Of a stretch of DNA of 64,000 nt, positions 18,406-29,589 are shown one piece after another (the stretch's first letter is position 1; each line of letters opens with the position of its first letter). The DNA lies in the NCBI GenBank assembly GCA_964537975.1, contig CAZIDP010000021.1, positions 4,264 through 68,263 of the forward strand, in the 5' to 3' direction. The notes under the pieces were generated by a model that saw only the letters and a list, made by a program, of their open reading frames with translations, did not search any database and was not told where the DNA came from. The position numbers were made by a program, and so were the translations under genes. This DNA is from an uncultured Nitrospirales bacterium (lineage in GTDB: Bacteria > Hydrogenedentota > Hydrogenedentia > Hydrogenedentales > SCBR16-9).

Positions 18406-20023
18406 ATGCTTCTTGGGTTACCACAGGGGTTTCATCAAAGTTATGGGGTATGGGTGGCGATGAACAGGCTTCCCACTCCAATCCACGCGCACCCCAAGGG
18501 TTGCTGCCAGCTTCTTTCCCGTAAAAGAGGGACCAAGTCAGGTAAAACACGGGCATAATGAAGCCCAGTCCCAGAATGCTTGCACCCGCTGTGGACATGA
18601 TGTTCAGAATCTGAAAATCTTCATGATAGGAATGGTATCGACGGGGCATGCCAAGCCATCCAGCGAGAAACTGGGGAAAGAATGTCAGGTTGAAACCTAC
18701 GAAAACAATGATGGCACTCACCTTGGCGACCGCCTGGGGATACATCTTACCGGTAATTTTTGGCCACCAGAAATGCAGTCCAGAGAGATAGGCCATCACC
18801 ATGCCGCCGACCATAACATAATGGAAATGGGCAACCACAAAATAGGTGTCATGGAGTGGTACATTCAAACCAATCGACCCAAGAAACAGGCCTGTACCAC
18901 CACCAATAGCGAACAGTCCGATGAAACCGATGGCATAAATAAGTGGGGTAGAAAATACAACATTGCCACGATACATGGTAGCGGTCCAGTTGAATATCTT
19001 GATTGCCGAGGGCACCGCGACCAGCATGGTAAGCAATGAAAAGACATTATTGGCATACATTGACTGGCCACTGACGTACATATGGTGCCCCCACACCAGG
19101 AAACCGATAATGGCGATGGCAACACTGGAAAACGCAATGAATTCGTACCCAAATACCCGGTTGCGAGAAAAGCATGCCATGATTTCACTGATGACACCCA
19201 TGCCGGGGAGGATCATGATATAAACCGCTGGGTGTGAGTAGAACCAGAACAGGTGTTGGAACAGGATTGGATCTCCTCCCAAAGCGGGATCGAAAATACC
19301 CACACCCATGATACGTTCAATGGCTACCAGAAGCACGGTGATAGCAACAACTGGTGTACCCAGCACCTGAATCACACTGGTTGCGTAATGCGCCCAGATA
19401 AACAGAGGTAACCGAAACCAGGTTAAACCGGGAGCACGCATTTTGTGAATGGTAACCATAAAATTCAGGCCGGTCAGGATGGAGGAAAAGCCACTGACAA
19501 ACACCATCAGGGTGGCCATGAATACATGCGTGTTGGCGTAACTTGTGCTCAGGGGAGTGTAGAATGTCCAGCCGGTATCAACACCACCCATGAGGATGAT
19601 AATCAGGCCCATGGTACCGGCGATGATGAAGATGTACCAACTGGCCAGATTCAACTTGGGAAAGGCGACATCCTTGGCACCAATCATCAAGGGGATCAAA
19701 AAATTTCCCAACACCGCAGGAATGGATGGAATGAGGAAGAAAAAAATCATGACAACGCCGTGCAAGGTAAAAAATTTGTTGTACGTGTCTGCTTGCAACA
19801 ATTCGCCTTCAGGTGTCATCAATTCAATACGAAAGACAGCCGCGAATATACCACCCAGCAGAAAAAAGATACTGATGGAGATGAGATACAATATGGCTAC
19901 CCGTTTGTGGTCTACCGTCAATAACCAGGAGGATACGGTCTTACGCCAATTCAGATAATTGACATCGGGCCGACCATACTCCCTTTCGGGAATATCTACG
20001 GTATGTTCTGCTTCATTAACCAT
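18371..20023 (-). CDS. coxA: Cytochrome c oxidase subunit I (heme-copper oxidase catalytic subunit)
   Basis: [22 protein letters not shown] and GHHMYVSG motifs. 12 or more TM helices. 550 aa. Confidence 0.95.
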   Translation of the reverse strand: MVNEAEHTVDIPEREYGRPDVNYLNWRKTVSSWLLTVDHKRVAILYLISISIFFLLGGIFAAVFRIELMTPEGELLQADTYNKFFTLHGVVMIFFFLIPSIPAVLGNFLIPLMIGAKDVAFPKLNLASWYIFIIAGTMGLIIILMGGVDTGWTFYTPLSTSYANTHVFMATLMVFVSGFSSILTGLNFMVTIHKMRAPGLTWFRLPLFIWAHYATSVIQVLGTPVVAITVLLVAIERIMGVGIFDPALGGDPILFQHLFWFYSHPAVYIMILPGMGVISEIMACFSRNRVFGYEFIAFSSVAIAIIGFLVWGHHMYVSGQSMYANNVFSLLTMLVAVPSAIKIFNWTATMYRGNVVFSTPLIYAIGFIGLFAIGGGTGLFLGSIGLNVPLHDTYFVVAHFHYVMVGGMVMAYLSGLHFWWPKITGKMYPQAVAKVSAIIVFVGFNLTFFPQFLAGWLGMPRRYHSYHEDFQILNIMSTAGASILGLGFIMPVFYLTWSLFYGKEAGSNPWGARGLEWEACSSPPIPHNFDETPVVTQEAYAYTGEETTSE

Positions 20024-20047
20024 GCGTGCTGTAATGCCTTGTTAGTT

Positions 20048-20971
20048 TTACTCAGTCAATGTCTTGATATAGGCCACCAGGTCCATGACCTGGTCTTCAC
20101 TCAGATTTGCAAAGCTTGGCATGATGGGTGCATAGCCCTCCACCACCTTGGCACTGGGATTGGTGATTGATTCACGAAGATATTCCTCGTCAGCAATGAC
20201 CATTTCACCCGTACGCAGTCTTACTTCATTGCCAAACAAATCATCCAATGCCGGACCACGGCTGAATTCACCAGCCATGTGGCAGGTATAACATCCTTGT
20301 TGCTGAAAGAGTTGTTCACCAGCTGCAACAGGAGACAATGCCGGACCTCCTTCAAGCCATTGTTCATATTCATGCGGCTCCATCACGACTACTTCGCCAA
20401 CCATGGTTGAGTGGTCTGTGCCGCAATATTCCGCGCAAAACAACGGGAAAGTGCCGGTACGTGTTGCCTCGAACCAGAGTGTGGTGTAGCGTGCAGGAAG
20501 CACATCTTGTTTTACACGAAAAGCCGGTACATAAAAGCTGTGTATAACGTCCTGCGAAGTCATGGTCAATTTGACTGGTTGACCAACTGGTATGTGTAGT
20601 TTGTTTACTTCGCGCAAGCCATTGGGGTGCTGCATTTTCCACATCCAGCGTTTTCCGATGACATTAATATCCAGGGTGTTTTCTGGAATGTTACTGTAGT
20701 CGTAATAAAGTACCGAGCCCCAGGCAAATATCGCCAGGGCAATAACGGTAGGAATCGCCGTCCAGGTCAATTCCAGTGGCATGATGTCCTGGTGTACAGA
20801 CGGTCGGTTTTCACCTTTTAACTTGCGGTATCGTAATCCAAAGTAGATTAAAATACCCAATATCGTGATGGTGAACACCCCCACGAATATTGTCAAAGTG
20901 TAGAACAACGGGTCTACACGTTCGGCATAGGTGGATGCCTGTTCAGGTAATATGTAAGGAAAACTCCGCAT
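20048..20971 (-). CDS. coxB: Cytochrome c oxidase subunit II with a fused C-terminal cytochrome c domain (caa3-type)
   Basis: CuA site CAEYCGTDHSTM (CxExCx3Hx2M). C-terminal heme c site CYTCHM. Two N-terminal TM helices. Confidence 0.9.
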   Translation of the reverse strand: MRSFPYILPEQASTYAERVDPLFYTLTIFVGVFTITILGILIYFGLRYRKLKGENRPSVHQDIMPLELTWTAIPTVIALAIFAWGSVLYYDYSNIPENTLDINVIGKRWMWKMQHPNGLREVNKLHIPVGQPVKLTMTSQDVIHSFYVPAFRVKQDVLPARYTTLWFEATRTGTFPLFCAEYCGTDHSTMVGEVVVMEPHEYEQWLEGGPALSPVAAGEQLFQQQGCYTCHMAGEFSRGPALDDLFGNEVRLRTGEMVIADEEYLRESITNPSAKVVEGYAPIMPSFANLSEDQVMDLVAYIKTLTE

Positions 20972-21064
20972 AATAATTCCGCCAGACCTCTCTAGACGTT
21001 CCAGGGTTAACGGGGAATATAGTATCCAACAGGATACGATAAATACTTGTACTAATTTCTGTGG

Positions 21065-21963
21065 TTAACCTGTGTGGGGCAATGACGGTGCCACCGTTGC
21101 AATCGAAGGTTTTTTGCGCAAATAAGTTATCAGCCAAAAAAGACCGATAGCCAACACGACGCCCATACCCGACAGTTGAACCACTCTCATTATGTAAAAG
21201 CTATAGGTGCCTTTAGCCGGATCGTAGGCATAGCACAGCAGCACCAATTGACGTACCAGAGAACCGATTCGGTTGTCTGAAGCATCCATCAAGGCCAGTT
21301 CAAGATTCTGTGGCATGTATTCCATGCCCAAGTAATAACTGGAAACCACACCTTCCGGTGTCAAAATAATAATTCCACTGGCATGCGCGAATTGATTGGT
21401 TAACTCATCGTAGTAATAACGGTATCCTACTGCTTGAGCCAAGTCTTCAATCGCGTCATCTTCTCCGGTAAGGAAATGCCAGGCGGTTTCTCCACCTTCA
21501 CGTCGTAACTGCTTCAGATAATTAGTTTTCTTTGCCGAAGCCAGTTCCGGTTGTTCTCGTGGATCGATACTTACTGTAAGTATTTCGAAATCACTACCCA
21601 AGTTTAACGACATTGACTTATTGTCAATTCCAGCAACCATACCATTTAAAATCAGATTACAGATTGATGGGCATGAGAAATAGACCAGTGCCAAGATTAC
21701 CGGTTTGTCATTGAAATAATCACCCAGGCGAACAACCTCACCTGACTCATTTTTAAATTCCAAATCCAGCGGTACTTGTGCCCCCAGCTTTTGCTCAATA
21801 TAAATTTCGGTAAAACGTTCTTTCGGGTCTGGACCACGAAAAGAGATCGGATCAAAACTGACTTCGGGGTTTGTTTCGCTTTGTTGCTGTGCTTGCAAAG
21901 TTGAAACAGGTATCAACAGCAATGCTAATCCAACGCTGAACAGGAAATTCATATGTTTCATTA
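21065..21963 (-). CDS. SCO1/SenC-family copper chaperone (thioredoxin fold, CxxxC) with a C-terminal TM segment
   Basis: YFSCPSICNLIL (F-S-C-P-x-x-C) and an N-terminal signal MLMKHMNFLFSVGLALLLIPVSTLQA. The track ORF begins at 22174, but the first roughly 70 codons overlap the actG-like gene and are probably not translated. Confidence 0.65.
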
Positions 21964-22037
21964 ACATACCCTTTTTATCAGGTATTTCCTTTAATACACA
22001 GGTACATGGGATTGAGTTGTCATTTGGCATTGGGTAC

Positions 22038-22517
22038 TTATTCTCCCGCCGTTCCGGGAGTTTCCGGTGTGTCGGCTGTTGTTGTGGAGGTTTCAACTGC
22101 TTCTTCCTCCTCCAGCGCCACCGTAACAGGTTGTCTGTAAGGTACTTTTCCCGAAGCCACCAACTCCATCGCACGGTCTATGGGAATGTGGGCACGCTCC
22201 ATTTCTGGTTCGAGACTGACCATGCCATAACTGTGTAAACGTGCTTCAGCGGTTGCGATTGCCAAATCGCGTTCCAGTCGTGGATTCCCTTGAATTTTGG
22301 GAGCATCAAAACCAGCCGCTACCTGAGAGGCTGCCAACGGTGAAACTTCAATTGGGTTTATTGACGGACGCGCTTCAAGACCTCGCAACACGATTAACGC
22401 CGCCATTATTCCAAGGAAGGTCAATAAAGCTACGCTTGTCAAAAATATAAACACAACTCTTATGTTTATATCACTTAATTCATATCCTTCTTTAAGACTA
22501 CGCTGAGGATTTAGCAT
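22038..22517 (-). CDS. Small single-TM protein at the end of the ACIII operon (ActG-like accessory subunit?)
   Basis: 159 aa with one TM helix (VVFIFLTSVALLTFLGIMAALIVL) and an acidic C-terminus. Its position immediately after actF supports the call. Family assignment is tentative. Confidence 0.45.
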   Translation of the reverse strand: MLNPQRSLKEGYELSDINIRVVFIFLTSVALLTFLGIMAALIVLRGLEARPSINPIEVSPLAASQVAAGFDAPKIQGNPRLERDLAIATAEARLHSYGMVSLEPEMERAHIPIDRAMELVASGKVPYRQPVTVALEEEEAVETSTTTADTPETPGTAGE

Positions 22518-23739
22518 GATGCTCTCCGTCTTGGTGGAGGAAATAGCCTGCTTTGCGTGGGTCGTGTTGCGGCAACAACGGCTGTTTCTTCAGTTCACCT
22601 AAAAATACCCAGAGCCATAATCCGCAAAGCCCTGCTAACGCTGTCAGAGTCAACAACAAAGTAAACAGATTTATGCGATTATGGTGGTCAGGAAATGAAG
22701 GTGCTATGTTCCAATATATGTCCACAACCCGCATTACCAAAACATAATAGGCAATGTAACGTAATGTTATGTGATTAGTTTTGTTTTCACGCATCAGCAA
22801 TAAAAACATGGGGACGATCCAGACAAAAACAATCATGAATACGGTCAGAAAAACCAACCCGCCATCACTTCTTCGTAAGTAGAAACTGATTGGGTCTGGG
22901 ATGTTACCACTCCATATGATCAGAAATTGAGAAAAGGAGGTGTATGCCCAGAAGATGGTGAAGCCGAGCAGAAAATTGCCGAGGTGATGAAAATGTTTTT
23001 TGGAAACCAACTGTTCATATCCGGGTGCATCTTTCAGGTATGAGAGGACAATCGCACAGAATGCGACTATGGTAAGCGCATAACCACCAATAAGCCATAC
23101 AGCATATATTGTGGAGAACCAATTGGGTTCCAGTGACATGGTCCAATGCGTTGAAGCAATAGTTATGGTAAGGACGAACAAAATAATACCGGGCCCAGAT
23201 AAACGAATCAGCCACAAAACAGTAGATTCATCTTCAACGGTATCCAGACGCCTGGAGCCTGAAGTGAAAAACTTTGACAAAAACAGCCAAATTGAAAAGC
23301 AAGCGAGGAAAGTTATTGTAAAGACTGGTAAATTAAGAAAAGGTGCTTTGTACTTGATAGTATAATTTTCTGCTAAATATGTCGCATCGGTCCAAGGGTA
23401 AAAGTTGGTTAACCAGGCTGCTCCAAGCAAGATAACAGCCGCAACACCAAAAAAAACCGGCAAGGTACGCGATCCAGCTTCGGTTATCCGCAAGATAACA
23501 AAACTCCAGCTTCCTCCACATAAATGGTGAAGCATCATCAACGCCAGACTCCCTATGGACAATCCAAAAACGATCATGAACGCAATGGTTAATGGTTGAA
23601 AAACTTTTGCAAGCCCAACATCACCCAAAAATCCGATGAGCAAACCACCGATTATGGTGAGAACAAGGCCCAGTATGGCTGTTATTAACGAGCGTTGACG
23701 TAACAGTTCAATTTGTTTATTTTGACTATCAGTGAACAT
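22498..23739 (-). CDS. actF: Alternative complex III subunit ActF (NrfD/PsrC-like polytopic membrane subunit)
   Basis: 413-aa integral membrane protein similar in architecture to ActC. It is located in the act cluster. Confidence 0.8.
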   Translation of the reverse strand: MFTDSQNKQIELLRQRSLITAILGLVLTIIGGLLIGFLGDVGLAKVFQPLTIAFMIVFGLSIGSLALMMLHHLCGGSWSFVILRITEAGSRTLPVFFGVAAVILLGAAWLTNFYPWTDATYLAENYTIKYKAPFLNLPVFTITFLACFSIWLFLSKFFTSGSRRLDTVEDESTVLWLIRLSGPGIILFVLTITIASTHWTMSLEPNWFSTIYAVWLIGGYALTIVAFCAIVLSYLKDAPGYEQLVSKKHFHHLGNFLLGFTIFWAYTSFSQFLIIWSGNIPDPISFYLRRSDGGLVFLTVFMIVFVWIVPMFLLLMRENKTNHITLRYIAYYVLVMRVVDIYWNIAPSFPDHHNRINLFTLLLTLTALAGLCGLWLWVFLGELKKQPLLPQHDPRKAGYFLHQDGEHHAKSSA

Positions 23740-24418
23740 TATCTACCGCCATATCGTCATCTTCCAGATTGTTTTCTGGTTGTAAAAGCATTTCCAGTTC
23801 TTCCGGTGTAAGGTCATCCAAGGTAGCATTTTGGCTGTATTGCAATGCGCGAATATATGCCGCGATAGCCCAACGGTCTTCCGGGGTGACATTGTAAGAC
23901 TGGGTGTACATGCGGCCAAACCCATTGGTAATCACATCAAAAATATATCCATCTTCCACTTCACGTAGCCTGTCGATATGATAGGATGGAGGTACTGGAA
24001 AACCACGGTCGACTACAATGCCTTTTCCATCTCCTGTCAATCCATGACATACAGCACAGTTTATATTGAACCGGTCTTTACCACGTGCAAGAAGTGCTGC
24101 ATCAAGTTGAAAATAATTGTCGGGCGCATAGTCACCGGAGTCCAACCTTCCAGTCCAGAAGACATCATCCGTTATTGCAGGAACCTGCGCTTCGTCACTC
24201 AGTTGGGCATACACTGGATTAGTCCAGCCACGCCGCAGGCCATCATATTGCACCGTACCTGGTACTTGCTTACGTGCCGCACTACCATCAGCGAAAAAGG
24301 AACTGGAGGTGTTTGCGGCATTCCGTGGTTGGTTCCACATATCTTGATGACACCCTGCAATCATTACCGTTAACGTCGTTGTTATTATCAACATGCATTG
24401 ACGCATTCGGTAAGACAT
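23729..24418 (-). CDS. actE: Alternative complex III subunit ActE (mono-heme cytochrome c lipoprotein)
   Basis: Single CAVCHG heme site. The likely start is MSYRMRQCMLIITTTLTVMIAGC with a lipobox; the track ORF starts 30 codons earlier. Confidence 0.8.
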   Translation of the reverse strand: MSYRMRQCMLIITTTLTVMIAGCHQDMWNQPRNAANTSSSFFADGSAARKQVPGTVQYDGLRRGWTNPVYAQLSDEAQVPAITDDVFWTGRLDSGDYAPDNYFQLDAALLARGKDRFNINCAVCHGLTGDGKGIVVDRGFPVPPSYHIDRLREVEDGYIFDVITNGFGRMYTQSYNVTPEDRWAIAAYIRALQYSQNATLDDLTPEELEMLLQPENNLEDDDMAVDNVH

Positions 24419-24488
24419 GCAATGGTTGTATAATTCGCCCGATTTCATATTGTTTCCTGACACTGGAAAAAACCTTACCATTAAAACT

Positions 24489-25073
24489 TCAAGCAGCGTA
24501 GGCCTCATCGATCTCTTCTTGTACCTCTGAAACTTCCACAGGGTGGAAAGTTTCTAGAAATTGCCGCGTCATATCATCATCATATTGATCATCAGTGACT
24601 TCAATACATAAAAAGAAGCCATCACTACTGGCCCGTTCAAATCGTTTCGCACTGAAAACAGGGTGGTAATGTTGCGGAAGTTTGTTCAAAAGCAACATAC
24701 TACCAAATGCGGCAAAAGCTCCAAACAAGATGGTCAATTCAAAAGTTATGGGGATGAAAGCCGGCCAGCTCATAAAGGGTTTTCCACCCACATGAACAGG
24801 ATAATGAATTACCGAAGCAATATATTGCATAGAAAAACCTGTGAATGCTCCGGCAAAACCGCCAAGCATTGTAATAAGCGGGATTGGCGTTTTCTTCATT
24901 CCCATCGACTCAGCCAGTCCATGTATGGGAAAGGGAGAATAGGCATCGAAATTGCGGTATCCAGCTTCGTAAGTTTTTGAAGCGGCATTGACGAGTTCAT
25001 CGGGATCGTCAAATTCTGCAATCAATCCATATAATTTTTTTTGAATGGTTTCTTGATGTCCGTGTGTCGACAT
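24489..25073 (-). CDS. actD: Alternative complex III subunit ActD (membrane-anchored)
   Basis: 194 aa. Its position between actC and actE, plus central TM helices, supports the call. Confidence 0.7.
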   Translation of the reverse strand: MSTHGHQETIQKKLYGLIAEFDDPDELVNAASKTYEAGYRNFDAYSPFPIHGLAESMGMKKTPIPLITMLGGFAGAFTGFSMQYIASVIHYPVHVGGKPFMSWPAFIPITFELTILFGAFAAFGSMLLLNKLPQHYHPVFSAKRFERASSDGFFLCIEVTDDQYDDDMTRQFLETFHPVEVSEVQEEIDEAYAA

Positions 25074-25105
25074 AGGTGTCTACTCTTTCTTCACGACTGC
25101 AGTTG

Positions 25106-26488
25106 CTATCGAATTTCACCACGTTTCATTTGATAATGTTGAAGTCGCAATTCGAAAATAGTAATCATAGGTAAAAACTTGACGAAAAGGCACATGAGTG
25201 TAATAAACAAGCCCATTGCACCGACCATAGCTGCCCAGTCAAAAATGGTTCCGGAATACACGCCCCAAGCCGCGGGGAGATAATCCCTGGTAAGGCTGGT
25301 TACTACAATGACATAGCGTTCCAGCCACATACCCCAATTGATGATGATACTTATAATAAGTAAGGCGACAAGATTCGTCCGAATCTTGCGGAACCACAAC
25401 AATTGTGGTGTCATAAGATTGCAAAACATAAGGCAGGCATATGCCCACCAGTACGGGCCGGTCATCCGGTTCCACATCATGAACCGTTCGTAATCATGGC
25501 CGCTGTACCAGGCAAAAAAAACTTCGCTCAAATAGCCATAACAAACAACCAGACCGGTAGCAAGCATCACCTTGGCCATGTTTTCGATATGCCGCATGGT
25601 GATGAAATCTTTCAGATTGAAGAGTATACGAATGGGAATCATCAGTGTGATTACCATTGCAAAACCTGAAAATATTGCCCCCGCTACAAAGTACGGTGGA
25701 AACACGGTAGTATGCCAACCGGGTATTACACTTACCGCAAAATCGTACGATACGATGGTGTGTACAGAAACAACAAGTGGGGCAGACATCCCTGCAAGTA
25801 ACAGATACGCCATTTCATACCGCATCCAGTGACGTGCAGAACCGCGCCATCCCAGTGCCAGGAATCCGTAGATATATCGCGCAAAGCCTTTTGGTGCACG
25901 ATCACGTAATGTGGCCAGGTCTGGAATCAGTCCTGTGAACCAGAATACGGCAGATACGGTAAGGTAGGTATTGATGGCAAATACGTCCCACAGCAATGGA
26001 CTGCGAAATTGTGGCCATGTGCCCATTGTGTTTGGGTATGGAAAGATGAAGAAGATAACCCAGGGACGCCCAACGTGTAACATCGGAAATATCGCAGCGC
26101 AACTAACAGCGACCAATGTCATGGCTTCAGCAAATCGATTGATGGCAGTCCGCCAGCTCTGATTAAAGAGTAACAGAATGGCAGAAATCAGTGTGCCGGC
26201 ATGGCCGATACCAATCCACCACACCAGATTAACAATGGCAAATCCCCATCCCACCGGATTGTTTATACCCCAGACCCCGAGACCTATCCAAAAAAGATAC
26301 AGCGTGCTGAGTGTCAGAATGACCAATAACAATTGGCCGATTCCAAAAGCGGCATGCCAGGGTTTGGGCATGGGTTTTTCCAGCACGATATCACTCACAC
26401 TCCGGGATATGGACTCGTATGTGTGGCCCGGTTCCATCAAGGGGGCTGCTGGACTAAAGGCTGTTGTTGTATTACTCTGGGAACTCAT
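25106..26488 (-). CDS. actC: Alternative complex III subunit ActC (NrfD-like quinol-interacting membrane subunit)
   Basis: 460 aa polytopic membrane protein with a NrfD/PsrC-like topology. Confidence 0.85.
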   Translation of the reverse strand: MSSQSNTTTAFSPAAPLMEPGHTYESISRSVSDIVLEKPMPKPWHAAFGIGQLLLVILTLSTLYLFWIGLGVWGINNPVGWGFAIVNLVWWIGIGHAGTLISAILLLFNQSWRTAINRFAEAMTLVAVSCAAIFPMLHVGRPWVIFFIFPYPNTMGTWPQFRSPLLWDVFAINTYLTVSAVFWFTGLIPDLATLRDRAPKGFARYIYGFLALGWRGSARHWMRYEMAYLLLAGMSAPLVVSVHTIVSYDFAVSVIPGWHTTVFPPYFVAGAIFSGFAMVITLMIPIRILFNLKDFITMRHIENMAKVMLATGLVVCYGYLSEVFFAWYSGHDYERFMMWNRMTGPYWWAYACLMFCNLMTPQLLWFRKIRTNLVALLIISIIINWGMWLERYVIVVTSLTRDYLPAAWGVYSGTIFDWAAMVGAMGLFITLMCLFVKFLPMITIFELRLQHYQMKRGEIR

Positions 26489-26496
26489 ATGTAAGC

Positions 26497-29400
26497 CTAA
26501 TGCTCCGTAGCAAGGTTGCTACCCGAAACCAGTTCCGGGGATGGGTTGCTTAAACGTGCCAGATAGGTCGTTCTCGGACGTGTTCCGATATCCGCAATGA
26601 GACCGTAATTACGACCACTTTTCTTTGCCATTGCCACACGACTTTGTGGATCATTGATGTTGCCGAACTCAATTGCTTTTGATGGACAGGCTGCCTGGCA
26701 CGCAGCCACGACTTCGCCGTCATAAATGTCACGAAATTCGCGTTTTGAGTCAATACGTGCCTGATTGATTCGTTGAACACAATAGGTACACTTCTCCATC
26801 ACACCCCGGCTTCTTACTGTTACATTTGGATTCCGCATCAACTTCAATTGTGGTGTATCGTGGTCTGCATATTTGAAGAAATTAAAACGGCGTACCTTGT
26901 AGGGACAGTTGTTGGCGCAATATCGTGTTCCAACGCACCGATTGTAGACCATTTCATTAAGACCCTCTACACCATGCACGGTGGCACCTACTGGACACAC
27001 TGGTTCGCATGGCGCATTTTCACAATGCATACAGGGTACTGGTTGGTGTACCACCTCCGGATTGCCATACATATCACCCTTGTAATATCGATCAATACGA
27101 ATCCATAACATTTCACGGCCTTTGGCGACTTCTTCCTTGCCAACAACCGGAATATTGTTTTCTGCCTGGCAGGCTAAAGAACATACACCGCATCCGGTGC
27201 ATTTGTTCAAGTCGATCGTCATGCCCCAGGCATTGCCCTCCCAAGCCTTTTCTTCCGGATTGTACATCGTATTATCCGGGCTTGGTTCGTGATGTCCCAT
27301 GTGTTGGGCAAAGTCTGGTTGGTCTTTGTAAATAGAGATAGTGCCTTCACGTATCAGGTGGCGGTCTTCCGCTTTACGTGCCTGATCAATAGTGCTTTGT
27401 TCGATTTGCCAGTGCTCATCGGTGCGGGCAAGCAAAACACGGCGTCCTGTTTTAACCAGGTCGATACCGGTGGCAAACCAGGGAGAATCCGCGCTTTGTA
27501 ATGTGTATGCACTGAATCCTAAATCTTTACCAACCTGACCGCATCTTTTTCTTCCATAGCCCAGGTGAACTGTTACACTTTGACGTGGATGCCCGAATTG
27601 AAGGTTAACCCCTGCCATGACGCTTTGTCCACCCAGTTTTACCTGAACCTGGTCCATGTCATTCAAATGAAGTTGCCTGGCGGTATCGGGGTGAATGCAA
27701 ACAGCATTGTCCCATGTCAATAAAGTCAATGGCTTTGGCAGTTCCTGCAACCAGCCATTATTGGCAAATTGTCCATCTAGTATCGAAGGATCGGGGCGAA
27801 ACACAACGTCCAATGCGCCACCTACCGGTGTGTAGGATTGCGCTGGCAAGTCTGCTCCATCAGGTGTAATTTCAATTGGAGTGTAGGCACTGCCTTCAAC
27901 CACTCCTTTGCTCAGTGTAACGCGCCAGAAGTTTTCAAAGTTCTCTCCATCATAGCGTGCTGCCCACGCGTCTTTGATTATCTTGAGAGAATTCGTACCT
28001 TCACCACCCAATGCAACGTCCATTACTTCATAGGCTGTTTTGCCACCATATAAAGGTAATATCAGTGGTTGTATTACAGATAATGTGCCGTCATAACCGC
28101 GAACATCACCCCAGCCTTCCAGATAATGTGCCTCGGGAATTACCCAGTGACACAACCAGGAAGTTTCATTTTGTGCCGGGGTCAGACATACACGGAAGTT
28201 CACCTGATCTATGGCGCCTGCAAAATCCAGTTCCGCGGGAGTGTTGTATACCGGATTACCACCCAGAATGATGAGTGTTGAGACCTTGCCTGCCTGCATG
28301 TCATCGACAAGCGCACGTAAGGATGCCATATGGTCTACAGGGTCCGCTTCGACAGAATCTATATATTTTACTATGCCATCTGTAGCAGTTGCTCCTAATG
28401 TGTGATTAATCAGACATGCCAAAGCATGTACGACCGGAGGCTGATGATCACCAGCAATCACAACGGCGTGGTTTCCAGCCTGGCGCAAATCTTGCACCAC
28501 AGTTTCCAGCCACTTAGAAGGGATTTTTGCTCCTGCTTCTTCTGCGGTATCTATATTAGGAATTTCCAGGCTCTGGGCAACAAGTCGTGCCAGTGTTTCA
28601 ATGTCAGGATACCGCAAGTTTATTTTGTGGTCTGCCTGACCACCTGTCAGTGTTGGTGAGGACTCCGCAACATACAAGCGTGAGATATGATTTCCATTGT
28701 GATCATAATCACGGTTCTGGGCAAAATCCTGGGCATAGCGAATGTGGCCTGGTCCTGTATGTAGAAAGTCACTGTCCAGTGACAATACAACCTGTGCATT
28801 GGTTAAGTCGTACGTACAATCTGCCGCACGTCCGAAAACCATGCGGGTACCTTCATGGTGGTTGCTGTGGTTCACTGGTTCATATTGATGCCAGTGGGCT
28901 TCAGGATAGGCTTCCAGCAATAGCATTTTTTGTGATGCTAAAGTAGGTGAAGTAACCGTACCGCTTAATATGCGAAGTCCGGCACCATTACGGATACCCT
29001 CTTCAAGCAAAACATTGCCCAAATCTGCTGAAAAGCGACTCCAGGTGCTGAGTCTGCCGACATTTAATACGGTATCCAAGCGGTCTGGATCGTAAAGATC
29101 GAGTAAAGATGCTTGTAGGTGTTTACTAGACGCACCCAGGGTAGCGGGGTGCCCCTTGAGTCCATCTAATTTCGTTGGTCTTCCCTGGAAACTGGATGCC
29201 AACACCCCATACCCGTAACCACCCAGTGGCATGGCAGTTGCGTAATAATCGAATTTTCCGGGAATAGATTCTTCCGGTGCTTTCACATAAGGAACTATGT
29301 TTTCATCGGGCTGGCGTGCGCATCCTGCCAGGCCAGCAAGCATCATCGATGCACCCATAACCTTCATGAAATTACGACGACTGACCGGGTCCAGGAGTTC

Positions 29401-29589
29401 TCCCGCATGCGCAGGAAACTCACGATGCACCAGTGTATCAATTTCCTGATGTCCAAGCGCTTCATCAAGATTGCGCCAATAAGCCGGACCCTTTATTGTG
29501 GTCAAGTCATCTCGCAACTGTCCCATGTCCTTACTGATTTGTACTGATTTATCGGAATTCATGGTCTTTTCCATGGTTACCGGTGACAA
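26497..29589 (-). CDS. actB: Alternative complex III subunit ActB (fused molybdopterin-oxidoreductase-like and 4Fe-4S ferredoxin domains; Tat motif)
   Basis: Twin-arginine motif SRRNFMKVMGASMMLAGLAGCA. Cys clusters CTGCGVCSLACQ, CMHCENAPCEPVCP and CANNCP. 1030 aa. The Tat motif is about 70 aa from the first ATG, so the true start may be downstream. Confidence 0.9.
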   Translation of the reverse strand: MSPVTMEKTMNSDKSVQISKDMGQLRDDLTTIKGPAYWRNLDEALGHQEIDTLVHREFPAHAGELLDPVSRRNFMKVMGASMMLAGLAGCARQPDENIVPYVKAPEESIPGKFDYYATAMPLGGYGYGVLASSFQGRPTKLDGLKGHPATLGASSKHLQASLLDLYDPDRLDTVLNVGRLSTWSRFSADLGNVLLEEGIRNGAGLRILSGTVTSPTLASQKMLLLEAYPEAHWHQYEPVNHSNHHEGTRMVFGRAADCTYDLTNAQVVLSLDSDFLHTGPGHIRYAQDFAQNRDYDHNGNHISRLYVAESSPTLTGGQADHKINLRYPDIETLARLVAQSLEIPNIDTAEEAGAKIPSKWLETVVQDLRQAGNHAVVIAGDHQPPVVHALACLINHTLGATATDGIVKYIDSVEADPVDHMASLRALVDDMQAGKVSTLIILGGNPVYNTPAELDFAGAIDQVNFRVCLTPAQNETSWLCHWVIPEAHYLEGWGDVRGYDGTLSVIQPLILPLYGGKTAYEVMDVALGGEGTNSLKIIKDAWAARYDGENFENFWRVTLSKGVVEGSAYTPIEITPDGADLPAQSYTPVGGALDVVFRPDPSILDGQFANNGWLQELPKPLTLLTWDNAVCIHPDTARQLHLNDMDQVQVKLGGQSVMAGVNLQFGHPRQSVTVHLGYGRKRCGQVGKDLGFSAYTLQSADSPWFATGIDLVKTGRRVLLARTDEHWQIEQSTIDQARKAEDRHLIREGTISIYKDQPDFAQHMGHHEPSPDNTMYNPEEKAWEGNAWGMTIDLNKCTGCGVCSLACQAENNIPVVGKEEVAKGREMLWIRIDRYYKGDMYGNPEVVHQPVPCMHCENAPCEPVCPVGATVHGVEGLNEMVYNRCVGTRYCANNCPYKVRRFNFFKYADHDTPQLKLMRNPNVTVRSRGVMEKCTYCVQRINQARIDSKREFRDIYDGEVVAACQAACPSKAIEFGNINDPQSRVAMAKKSGRNYGLIADIGTRPRTTYLARLSNPSPELVSGSNLATEH

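Noticed and set aside
21964-22174. 70-codon N-terminal extension of the SCO1 ORF
   Set aside because: It overlaps the actG-like gene in another frame and is Arg/Trp-rich junk. A proper signal peptide and start occur at 21963.
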